Source: a virus (taxonomy: Duplodnaviria > Heunggongvirae > Uroviricota > Caudoviricetes). From it: 24,000 nucleotides of DNA. The notes under the pieces are model-generated. The model was not told where the DNA came from, did not search any database, and worked only from the letters and a program-made list of their open reading frames with translations. Position 1 is the stretch's first letter. Every line of letters starts with the position of its first letter. Where the stretch lies: IMG/VR virus record IMGVR_UViG_2541047916_000002. One strand, written 5' to 3'. Made by a program: the position numbers and the translations under genes. This document shows, in pieces, positions 1 to 7,944 of this stretch.

Positions 1-1254
1 ATGCTGGAACAAATGGGCATTGCCGCGAAGCAAGCCTCGTATAAATTAGCGCAACTCTCCAGCCGCGAAAAAAATCGTGTGCTGGAAAAAATCGCCGATG
101 AACTGGAAGCACAAAGCGAAAGTATCCTCAACGCTAACGCGCAGGATGTTGCAGACGCGCGTGCCAATGGCCTTAGCGAAGCGATGCTTGACCGTCTGGC
201 ACTGACGCCCGCACGGCTGAAAGGCATTGCCGACGATGTGCGCCAGGTGTGCAATCTCGCCGATCCGGTGGGGCAGGTAATCGATGGCGGCGTACTGGAC
301 AGCGGCCTGCGTCTGGAGCGCCGTCGCGTGCCGCTGGGGGTGATTGGCGTGATTTATGAAGCGCGCCCGAACGTGACGGTTGATGTTGCTTCCCTGTGCC
401 TGAAAACCGGTAACGCGGTGATCCTGCGCGGCGGCAAAGAAACCTGTCGCACTAACGCTGCAACGGTAGCGGTGATTCAGGACGCCCTGAAATCCTGCGG
501 CTTACCGGCGGGTGCCGTGCAGGCAATTGATAATCCTGACCGTGCGCTGGTCAGTGAAATGCTGCGTATGGATAAATACATCGACATGCTGATCCCGCGC
601 GGTGGGGCTGGTTTGCATAAACTGTGCCGCGAGCAGTCGACAATCCCGGTGATCACAGGCGGTATAGGCGTATGCCATATTTACGTTGATGAAAGCGCAG
701 AGATCGCTGAAGTATTAAAAGTGATCGTCAACGCGAAAACTCAGCGACCAAGCACATGTAATACGGTAGAAACCTTGCTGGTAAATAAAAACATCGCCGA
801 TAGCTTCCTGCCCGCATTAAGCAAGCAAATGGCGGAAAGCGGCGTGACGTTACACGCAGATGCTGCTGCGCTGGCGCAGTTGCAGACAGGCCCCGCGAAG
901 GTGGTGGCGGTTAAAGCCGAAGAGTATGACGATGAGTTTCTGTCATTAGATTTGAACGTCAAAATCGTTAGCGATCTTGACGATGCCATCGCCCATATTC
1001 GTGAACACGGCACGCAACACTCCGATGCGATCCTGACCCGCGATATGCGCAACGCCCAGCGTTTTGTTAACGAAGTGGATTCCTCCGCTGTTTACGTTAA
1101 CGCCTCTACGCGTTTTACCGACGGCGGCCAGTTTGGACTGGGGGCGGAAGTTGCGGTAAGCACACAAAAACTCCACGCGCGCGGCCCAATGGGGCTGGAA
1201 GCACTGACCACTTATAAGTGGATCGGCATTGGTGATTACACCATTCGTGCGTAA
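1..1254 (+). CDS. proA: gamma-glutamyl phosphate reductase (glutamate-5-semialdehyde dehydrogenase), complete 417 aa
   Basis: Full-length 417-aa ORF starting at base 1; the sequence is recognisable as enterobacterial ProA; position directly upstream of thrW matches the known proBA-thrW arrangement. Confidence 0.9.
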   Translation: MLEQMGIAAKQASYKLAQLSSREKNRVLEKIADELEAQSESILNANAQDVADARANGLSEAMLDRLALTPARLKGIADDVRQVCNLADPVGQVIDGGVLDSGLRLERRRVPLGVIGVIYEARPNVTVDVASLCLKTGNAVILRGGKETCRTNAATVAVIQDALKSCGLPAGAVQAIDNPDRALVSEMLRMDKYIDMLIPRGGAGLHKLCREQSTIPVITGGIGVCHIYVDESAEIAEVLKVIVNAKTQRPSTCNTVETLLVNKNIADSFLPALSKQMAESGVTLHADAAALAQLQTGPAKVVAVKAEEYDDEFLSLDLNVKIVSDLDDAIAHIREHGTQHSDAILTRDMRNAQRFVNEVDSSAVYVNASTRFTDGGQFGLGAEVAVSTQKLHARGPMGLEALTTYKWIGIGDYTIRA

Positions 1255-1258
1255 ATAA

Positions 1259-1327
1259 AACCGGGTGATGCAAAAGTAGCCATTTGATTCACAAGGCCAT
1301 TGACGCATCGCCCGGTTAGTTTTAACC
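1259..1327 (+). terminator. long inverted repeat after proA (ACCGGGTGATGC ... GCATCGCCCGGT) followed by AGTTTT; possible proBA terminator, may overlap the thrW promoter (TTGACG at 1298-1303)
   Basis: 12-bp inverted repeat with one mismatch read directly; the loop is long (about 33 nt), so terminator function is uncertain. Confidence 0.25.
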
Positions 1328-1368
1328 TTGTCCACCGTGATTCACGTTCGTGAACATGTCCTTTCAGG

Positions 1369-1444
1369 GCCGATATAGCTCAGTTGGTAGAGCAGCGCAT
1401 TCGTAATGCGAAGGTCGTAGGTTCGACTCCTATTATCGGCACCA
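1369..1444 (+). tRNA. thrW: tRNA-Thr (anticodon CGU)
   Basis: 76-nt cloverleaf GCCGATATAGCTCAGTTGGTAGAGCAGCGCATTCGTAATGCGAAGGTCGTAGGTTCGACTCCTATTATCGGCACCA with a CGT anticodon loop and CCA end; thrW is a known integration site for P4-type integrases. Confidence 0.9.
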
Positions 1445-1558
1445 TTCAAACATCTCCCCAAGTCTACTAAAGTCTTTCAAAACCCCTTATAATCCGCGTA
1501 TTAAAGCCCCGTTCGTCTTTTGACGTCTACTAAAGTCCCTCAAAATCTACGGTCAGAT

Positions 1559-1607
1559 GGGGGTACTTATGGGGGTATTTGCTGTTCGGTTTAGTGGAGG
1601 TACCCCC
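1559..1607. promoter_or_regulatory. putative integrase arm-type sites: GGGGGTA direct repeats (1559-1565, 1571-1577) and an inverted copy TACCCCC (1601-1607) between attL core and int
   Basis: Repeats read directly; the same GGGGGTA pair recurs at 22460-22478 on the island side of the right-end core. Confidence 0.3.
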
Positions 1608-1609
1608 AA

Positions 1610-2824
1610 GTGAAACTCAATGCCCGTCAAATAGACACAGCCAAGCCAAAAGAGAAGGCTTACAAGCTGGCCGATGGTGGCGGTTTGTATCTCTTGGTAA
1701 AACCTAATGGAGGTAAATACTGGCGACTTAAATATCGTGTAGCTGGTAAAGAGAAGCTATTGGCACTAGGTGTGTATCCTGAGGTTACTCTAGCCGATGC
1801 TCGGGCAAAACGTGAAGATGCGAAAAGAGGTATCGCTGGTGGTATCGATCCGATGGAAGCGAAACGAGAGGAAAAGATTGCCCGGGAAACGCAGTTAAAC
1901 AACACCTTCAAAGATATTGCCCTTGAGTGGCACAGCAGCAAATTAAAAAAATGGTCTGCTGGTTATGCTTCAGACATCCTCGAAGCCTTCAACAAAGATG
2001 TGTTCCCTTACATTGGCAAAAAACCAATCGCCGAAATCAAACCACTTGAACTTCTGAATGTGCTGCGGCGCATCGAGGGGCGCGGTGCGACAGAAAAAGC
2101 CAAAAAAGTGAGGCAGCGGTGCGGGGAAGTTTTCCGCTATGCAATAGTCACTGGTCGCGCAGAGTATAACCCTGCACCAGACCTTACTAGCGCGATGCAA
2201 GGCCATGAATCTAATCATTACCCTTTCCTTACGACCAAAGAATTACCTGATTTTTTCAAGGCATTGTCCAGTTACTCAGGAAGCGCATTGGTTGTTATGG
2301 CGGCTCGTCTACTGATTATCACCGGCTTGCGAACTGGCGAACTACGTGGCGCATTATGGGATGAAATTGATTTCAACAAGGCTATATGGGAGATACCCGC
2401 TTCACGTATGAAAATGCGGCGGCCTCATATTGTGCCATTGTCTGAGCAGGCTCTTTCGCTTATTGGGAAGATTAGAGAAATAACAGGCAATTACCCTCTT
2501 ATGTTTCCCGGGCGCAATGATCCAAGGAAAACAATGAGTGAGGCCAGCATAAACCAAGTGTTTAAGCGCATTGGCTACGCTGGACGTGTAACTGGTCATG
2601 GGTTCCGACACACTATGAGCACGATTTTGCATGAGCAGGGCTATAACACCGCGTGGATAGAAACGCAGCTCGCTCACGTTGATAAGAACTCAATTCGTGG
2701 CACATACAACCATGCGCAATATCTGGATGGACGGCGGGAGATGCTTCAATGGTATGCCGACTATATGGATTCTCTCGAGCATGGCGGAAATGTGGTGCAT
2801 ATGGTGTTTGAAAAACACGCATGA
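1610..2824 (+). CDS. tyrosine recombinase/integrase, P4 type (GTG start)
   Basis: 404-aa ORF next to the tRNA; the arm-binding N-terminus and catalytic C-terminus (RHTMST...HxxR...Y region) are typical of P4-like integrases. Confidence 0.85.
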   Translation: MKLNARQIDTAKPKEKAYKLADGGGLYLLVKPNGGKYWRLKYRVAGKEKLLALGVYPEVTLADARAKREDAKRGIAGGIDPMEAKREEKIARETQLNNTFKDIALEWHSSKLKKWSAGYASDILEAFNKDVFPYIGKKPIAEIKPLELLNVLRRIEGRGATEKAKKVRQRCGEVFRYAIVTGRAEYNPAPDLTSAMQGHESNHYPFLTTKELPDFFKALSSYSGSALVVMAARLLIITGLRTGELRGALWDEIDFNKAIWEIPASRMKMRRPHIVPLSEQALSLIGKIREITGNYPLMFPGRNDPRKTMSEASINQVFKRIGYAGRVTGHGFRHTMSTILHEQGYNTAWIETQLAHVDKNSIRGTYNHAQYLDGRREMLQWYADYMDSLEHGGNVVHMVFEKHA

Positions 2825-2910
2825 AACAACTGGACAAGTATACAGAGGTTTACTAAAGTATAGGGGAGTAGATTGATAAAAACTCACAGAGGATTGCTAT
2901 TTAACAGTTA

Positions 2911-2939
2911 GCCCTGGAGAAGGGCAATCGCTCTTTTAT
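2911..2939 (+). terminator. possible weak intrinsic terminator after int (GCCCT-GGAGA-AGGGC hairpin, then CTCTTTTAT)
   Basis: 5-bp stem hairpin with a T-rich tract 7 nt downstream; weak. Confidence 0.25.
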
Positions 2940-3251
2940 AAACGAAGGTGTATTGAGCCTTCTACGCTGCTGAAAAGCGGAATGTTCTTTAACAGGCTTT
3001 GGCGCTGACAAAGCGCAATTGTTCTTTAAAACTACTGGATGTCACGCCTAATAGCGTGATCCTGCCGAAATGCAGGGTAGCTCTACCCTTGTGGAGCAAA
3101 CAAACCAAAACAATCTGACTATCTTTTATAAAAGACCGCAATATGTTTTTCATATTGTGGTCTTTGGCGTATTCGACATTTGACGCAAATAAAACTCTCG
3201 CCATTCGTTGCAGGAGGGGGTTATTGCGTCATTAGTACAGGATATTAATAA

Positions 3252-3455
3252 ATGGCTAATTACAATTCATTAATTCGTCTCTCTGAAGTTCAAAGGCGAA
3301 CTGGTTATAGCAAAGCATGGATTTATCGTCTTATTAGTCAGGGGAGGTTCCCTAAACAGGTAAAAATTGGAAGTCGGGCAATTGCTTTTGTTGAGTCTGA
3401 AATAGATGAATGGATTGAGAAGTGTATATTAGAATCTAGAGACGAGGTGGCCTGA
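3252..3455 (+). CDS. alpA: AlpA/Vis-family DNA-binding regulator (prophage excision/transcription regulator)
   Basis: 67-aa protein with the AlpA-type HTH (LIRLSEVQRRTGYSKAWIYRLISQGRFP); sits just downstream of int as in P4-like elements. Confidence 0.8.
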   Translation: MANYNSLIRLSEVQRRTGYSKAWIYRLISQGRFPKQVKIGSRAIAFVESEIDEWIEKCILESRDEVA

Positions 3456-3886
3456 TGGAAAAGAAAAACCGCCCATTACAGGCGGCTAATTCAGATATTC
3501 GCGTATCTGATATTACGCCCCTTACAAAATCCCTTCAAGCACCAAAGCGCACACCGAAAAAGCATCGTGCCCGAGTCTATATGCTGCGTACTGGTATAGA
3601 GGGATGGACAGAAAATGACATTCTTCGCTACTGCCGTCTGTCTTCTGGTCGTAACTATGCAACAGAGTTAGAACGCCAGCTTGGAATCACTCTGGAGCGT
3701 ATCGACGAAAAGAATCCTGATGGTATCGGAACACACCTTCGCTACCGTTTCTCCTGCCGTGGTGATGTTCTGAAAGTGATCACTCATGTTAACCATCTTG
3801 CGAACATAAATGATCACAACGGACTTTCTCAGCAGGAAATTGCCGACATTCTGAAACTCTACCCGAACGCGTTTAACGCCGCCTAA
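3455..3886 (+). CDS. hypothetical protein (143 aa), basic N-terminus
   Basis: ORF with ATGA overlap onto alpA (translational coupling); no recognisable motif. Confidence 0.5.
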   Translation: MEKKNRPLQAANSDIRVSDITPLTKSLQAPKRTPKKHRARVYMLRTGIEGWTENDILRYCRLSSGRNYATELERQLGITLERIDEKNPDGIGTHLRYRFSCRGDVLKVITHVNHLANINDHNGLSQQEIADILKLYPNAFNAA

Positions 3887-3898
3887 CGGAGACTGAAA

Positions 3899-4732
3899 AT
3901 GAACATCGAAAAAAGCAGATTAATTTCTGAGGCCGCCCCTCATCTGAACGCCTCTCTGGGCACAATTAACGGTAATGAATTTGCCGCAATTGTCCCGGTT
4001 ATTCCTGGTCATATCGGTGGGCGTGAAACCAATATTGTTAGCGCAAAAGCGTTACACAAAGCGTTGGGCGTGGGAAAAGACTTCTCTACATGGATCACTG
4101 ATCGCATCTCTGAATATGACTTCACCATTGGGCACGATTACTCAGTCCATAAAACAATTTCCCCAAATTTGGGGAAAAGCCCGAATGGCGCGGCTTACAG
4201 CAAGATAAAGCACTCTGGCAGACCCGGCAAAGACTATCTGTTAAGTGTCGGAATGGCGAAAGAACTGGCAATGATCGAACGCAATGATCAGGGTCGCGCT
4301 ATCCGCCGTTATTTCATCCAGTGCGAGGAAGAATTACAGCGTAGCGTTCCTGAAATCGCCGCCCGCTATCGTCGCCAGCTAAAAGCCCGTCTCAGTGCCG
4401 CAAACAACTTTAAGCCAATGTGCGATGCGCTGAATATGGCCCGTGCCGAGATGGGTAAAACGACGCAGCAACACCACTACACAAACGAGAGCAATATGAT
4501 TTCTCGTATCGTTCTTGGTGGGCTAACTGCTAAGCAGTGGGCGCGGATAAATGGCTATTCTGGCGAACCTCGCGACCATATGAACGCAGAACAGCTTGAG
4601 CACCTCTCATATCTCGAAAGCACCAATATCACGTTAATTGATATGGGCATGGAATATGAGCAGCGCAAAGGAGAACTCACCCGCCTGTCGCAACGCTGGC
4701 TCGCCAAGCGTCTGGAGGCGCTCAATGTCTAA
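3899..4732 (+). CDS. AntA-domain phage anti-repressor-like protein
   Basis: N-terminal motif SAKALHKALGVGKDFSTWITDRI...YDFTIGHDY resembles the AntA/AntB anti-repressor domain; 277-aa ORF preceded by GGAGA. Confidence 0.55.
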   Translation: MNIEKSRLISEAAPHLNASLGTINGNEFAAIVPVIPGHIGGRETNIVSAKALHKALGVGKDFSTWITDRISEYDFTIGHDYSVHKTISPNLGKSPNGAAYSKIKHSGRPGKDYLLSVGMAKELAMIERNDQGRAIRRYFIQCEEELQRSVPEIAARYRRQLKARLSAANNFKPMCDALNMARAEMGKTTQQHHYTNESNMISRIVLGGLTAKQWARINGYSGEPRDHMNAEQLEHLSYLESTNITLIDMGMEYEQRKGELTRLSQRWLAKRLEALNV

Positions 4733-4904
4733 GCCAACAGGAACACCACAACCACAAAAACGCTACAAAGATGCCCACGGAGCACTCGTTACTGTCGAAA
4801 GCGTGTCTCACAACCGAGTGAGGTTTTATCGCGACGGGTATCAATCGCCATGCGTACAACCGCTGGCGCGTTTCATGAAGGAGTTCGCGGAGGTTAACCA
4901 ATGA
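4725..4904 (+). CDS. small hypothetical protein (59 aa)
   Basis: GGAGG 7 nt upstream of the ATG; 8-nt overlap with the stop of the preceding gene. Confidence 0.4.
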   Translation: MSKPTGTPQPQKRYKDAHGALVTVESVSHNRVRFYRDGYQSPCVQPLARFMKEFAEVNQ

Positions 4905-5302
4905 TACCCGTCCAGAAGAAGACATTTTCACTGGCTGGCATGTCGCCAAAATCCAGAAATATGACGGCAAAGTCAGGCATTAATACAGCAGATACAAGCA
5001 AAGTTTATCATTTGCTGGTGGTCGGAACGGATGCCTTAACCATACCAGAAATCTCGGGCGATGATATTAGCATTGAGAAGGTCAGCGGCTGCGCCAGAAA
5101 ATTTCTGGTCGTAGATGATGTCTTCCGCTCGTGTAGTGACTCCACAAAAACATTCGTCCACGCGCGTGACGTTAACGAAATGAGCGCGATGTACTGTGCT
5201 TCTGGTTCTTCCAATAGTGAGTTTTCGGAGTCCATAAAAAAGAGCTTGCCGTTATGCGGCAACACGGTTTATGGTTATAAGGCACCTCATAAAACGGGTG
5301 CC

Positions 5303-5531
5303 GGGTTTCGCAGCCCGGAAATGTACGAGGCGACACATGACGCGCCGAGCGTCTTTTTTTGTGCCGTTAGCCAGACTCACACTTTTTTCAGTGATGTGGT
5401 TATAATCCGCGTCGCTTGCAAAATTATGGTGGGCTGGACAGGGCAGCCGAAAGGCTGGCCGGTTTCCTTGTACGCCGGTACTGCGAACTCTGTTCAGTCC
5501 ACCACCAGCGAGTTTCGCAGCTCCGGTGGTG
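5303..5531 (+). promoter_or_regulatory. structured leader region: terminator, -10-like TTATAAT (5401-5407), GNRA-loop hairpin (5443-5456), three copies of a 16-nt motif (two direct, one inverted) and an 8-bp GC stem (5498-5505/5524-5531); possible P4-type RNA switch
   Basis: Motif GAGTTTCGCAGC(T)CCGG at 5303-5318 and 5509-5525; its near-complement CCGGTACTGCGAACTC at 5473-5488; all read directly. Confidence 0.3.
5339..5360 (+). terminator. intrinsic terminator-like hairpin GACGC-GCCGA-GCGTC followed by T7
   Basis: 5-bp GC stem plus seven T residues on the plus strand. Confidence 0.4.
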
Positions 5532-5562
5532 GGAAGAATTCCCAGTACAAGGAGGCTGCCAC

Positions 5563-5757
5563 ATGCTGGCTACTACCCCTACCCAAAAACCGCAATTTAT
5601 CTGGATTATCGCCGCAGTTCGCCGCGATTGCCCGACAATTACCGCCAAAATTCATCATATTGCTGCCGAGTCTGAACGCGATGCTCGCCGTTCTCTGGTG
5701 CGCGATCACGTCTGCTTTTTTGCTGGTCGTATCCGCATGGAGGTGGCACATGATTAA
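5563..5757 (+). CDS. small hypothetical protein (64 aa)
   Basis: Strong SD AAGGAGG 7 nt upstream of the ATG; first gene after the structured leader; lies in a different frame from the long 4901-5968 ORF, so assignment is ambiguous. Confidence 0.4.
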   Translation: MLATTPTQKPQFIWIIAAVRRDCPTITAKIHHIAAESERDARRSLVRDHVCFFAGRIRMEVAHD

Positions 5758-5968
5758 AACCTACGATGTGCATATGGATCCCCTCGAACGCACAAGCCAG
5801 ATCATCACACTGACAGAAGTGATTAACGACATTCTGGTGAGCAACTCTCCCTCACGAGACGAAAGACTGAAGGCGTTACTCGCGATATTGGATCTCGCCG
5901 TTCGTGACGTTCATTTCCTGCTGGAAGGTGGCGAAATGCCAGGAAAAACGGGGGCAACCAATGAATAA
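5750..5968 (+). CDS. small hypothetical protein (72 aa)
   Basis: GGAGGTG SD; 8-nt overlap with the preceding gene. Confidence 0.4.
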   Translation: MIKTYDVHMDPLERTSQIITLTEVINDILVSNSPSRDERLKALLAILDLAVRDVHFLLEGGEMPGKTGATNE

Positions 5969-6155
5969 CTCAATTAATGCCCCTCGACTTACGTCCGCAC
6001 TTCAATTAATCGAGCAAGCAGCGGCTGTCCTGGTTGCTGTCAGTCTTTCGGCTGAAGAAATGGACGCTGCTGATGTCGTGGATGCGATTAAAGCGTGCTC
6101 ATCTTTGGTTAACGATGCTCGTGCAGAGCTGGTAATTCTTGGTGGTGAAAAATGA
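5961..6155 (+). CDS. small hypothetical protein (64 aa)
   Basis: ATG overlaps the upstream stop (ATGAATAA); Ala-rich helical protein. Confidence 0.45.
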   Translation: MNNSINAPRLTSALQLIEQAAAVLVAVSLSAEEMDAADVVDAIKACSSLVNDARAELVILGGEK

Positions 6156-6415
6156 ATATCAACTTAATTTATCGTCATCCGTGTGAGCTGGAAATTGAAT
6201 CATTGCTGAGCCGTGAAGAGCCATATCCAGACACATTCACTCTTGCAGATCGCACGACTGAACGGCTTACCAGAGCGCGCACAGGTCTGGTTCATGTGAT
6301 GAATGAGATTCTTCCATCGGTGGGAGGGGAACAGGCGACAGTAATCACTAGCTGGCTACAAAAAGTTACCTCTCTGATAGATATCAGTTTAATCGATGCG
6401 GAGAGTGCGAAATGA
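6152..6415 (+). CDS. small hypothetical protein (87 aa)
   Basis: ATGA overlap with the upstream gene; ORF track. Confidence 0.5.
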   Translation: MNINLIYRHPCELEIESLLSREEPYPDTFTLADRTTERLTRARTGLVHVMNEILPSVGGEQATVITSWLQKVTSLIDISLIDAESAK

Positions 6416-6633
6416 CCAACATCCAGCTCATTGAAGCACAATGTCGCATCGAACAGGTTCAGACTGTTTTAGGGTTCTGGCTTGAAGGGGCCAGCCCCAG
6501 CAACAGAGACAAGTTAATGATTGGCGCGGTTATGTCACTGCTCAATGGCGTACCAGAAGCTATTCAGGAAGCAGACGAATTGTTGGGCAAATATGAGTTA
6601 CAGAATCATTCAGGCGAGGCGAAACATGAATAA
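6412..6633 (+). CDS. small hypothetical protein (73 aa)
   Basis: ATGA overlap with the upstream gene; ORF track. Confidence 0.5.
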   Translation: MTNIQLIEAQCRIEQVQTVLGFWLEGASPSNRDKLMIGAVMSLLNGVPEAIQEADELLGKYELQNHSGEAKHE

Positions 6634-7228
6634 TTTCTTAACTTTCCATGCAGAAGCAACGCCTGACGGCGTAAACATCATGTACCGCAGCAACGATGGC
6701 ATGACAGAACGCGTTGAGGCCGTCTCATATATTGATGCCGTAAATCGTCTGGATGCCGGGGATTATGACGATAAACCAGATGAAGGTATGTCAATACATC
6801 TCGCTATAGCCGATGGCGGCAACCAGGGATATTTCGATTACACATCACAGCATAACGTCATTATGTGGAGATGGCTGATCGCAACAGTATTCATGCTGGA
6901 AATGAGAGAGGAAAACGGCACTGTCAGCATCATTGATGATACTGGCAATCCTTCCGAAGTGGCTGTTTATTCCAACGGCATCGTCGCCATGCCGCTGTAT
7001 CCAGTAGCAGAGCGCCTCGCTATGGCAAACAACATTGAGGGCGCGATGATAGAACGTTTTGGCATCGAGTCTGGCACAGAACGCGCCATCATTTTCTACA
7101 GAGCCATGATGGATGTGGAACAAGGAGCACTGACTCCATTTGGTCGTGAAACGCTTGCTGAACTTCACAACAGCTTTATAGCTGAACTGAATGAAAACGG
7201 CATGCCAGCGGAACCAGTGACGCACTGA
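6626..7228 (+). CDS. hypothetical protein (about 200 aa; start chosen at internal ATG 6626)
   Basis: GAGG SD before ATG 6626; the longer ORF from 6521 would overlap the previous gene extensively. Confidence 0.5.
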   Translation: MNNFLTFHAEATPDGVNIMYRSNDGMTERVEAVSYIDAVNRLDAGDYDDKPDEGMSIHLAIADGGNQGYFDYTSQHNVIMWRWLIATVFMLEMREENGTVSIIDDTGNPSEVAVYSNGIVAMPLYPVAERLAMANNIEGAMIERFGIESGTERAIIFYRAMMDVEQGALTPFGRETLAELHNSFIAELNENGMPAEPVTH

Positions 7229-7238
7229 GGATGGAACC

Positions 7239-7580
7239 ATGATTACTAAAAATTTCCGACTGAATGCGCTGGCAAATAAGTATGCGTCGGCACTGTATAA
7301 CCACATTACCTCCACCAGCGGCGGGGACTATTTCATGGTTGATGCGGACGGCGAGGCCGTCCGTGTGGAAATCGTCAATGGAGTAAAAGGCGTTCGCAGC
7401 CTGATCGATAGCTACACACTGGCAGCCATGAAAGTGTTCTACCCGCAGTGGGAAACCGTGGGGATCGAGCTTCTTGATCGTTGCGTCACTAAGGACGGAT
7501 TGACTGACGTCGGGCGTGAGATATGGCAAAGCATGGTTAATGACATGGGCGCAACTGTAGCGGGAGGTTCTCATGCGTGA
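7239..7580 (+). CDS. hypothetical protein (113 aa)
   Basis: GAGGA SD; ORF track. Confidence 0.5.
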   Translation: MITKNFRLNALANKYASALYNHITSTSGGDYFMVDADGEAVRVEIVNGVKGVRSLIDSYTLAAMKVFYPQWETVGIELLDRCVTKDGLTDVGREIWQSMVNDMGATVAGGSHA

Positions 7581-7944
7581 AAATGCAGAAATGGCGCTTA
7601 GCTCCGCAATCGGAGAGCAGGTGGCAAAGATTGCTGGTGCTGTGTGGATTCATAACCTTCATTCTACTGGTGAAGAGAAAATGGCAATTCAGACGCCAGA
7701 GGGACGCACCATTACTACATCTCTGAAGCCGTCAGATGTTTGTGATCTGATTTGCGCATTCATGTACCCAGCAATGAGGACTGCCCACGGCGATAAGTGG
7801 AAACTTGCGACAACCGCTGAATTTGATATGTGGCTAAACAATGATGGCATGCTGACTGATTACGGAATAACCAAGTGGCAGATGCTGGTTAGCCATATCG
7901 CAAACGCTATAGACCACGTGGGGTACGGTGATGCGAAACATTGA
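7573..7944 (+). CDS. hypothetical protein (123 aa)
   Basis: GGGAGG SD; overlaps the upstream stop. Confidence 0.5.
   Translation: MRENAEMALSSAIGEQVAKIAGAVWIHNLHSTGEEKMAIQTPEGRTITTSLKPSDVCDLICAFMYPAMRTAHGDKWKLATTAEFDMWLNNDGMLTDYGITKWQMLVSHIANAIDHVGYGDAKH

Noticed and set aside
741-1335. Minus-strand ORFs (103 and 129 aa) inside proA
   Set aside because: Antisense to a well-supported housekeeping gene in GC-rich sequence; typical shadow ORFs.
2989-3204. 71-aa minus-strand ORF between int and alpA as a possible divergent repressor
   Set aside because: No SD or HTH-like motif recognisable; the region contains hairpins and repeats (TGTTCTTTAA x2, GCGCTGACAAAGCGC) more consistent with the alpA promoter/operator; left unannotated.
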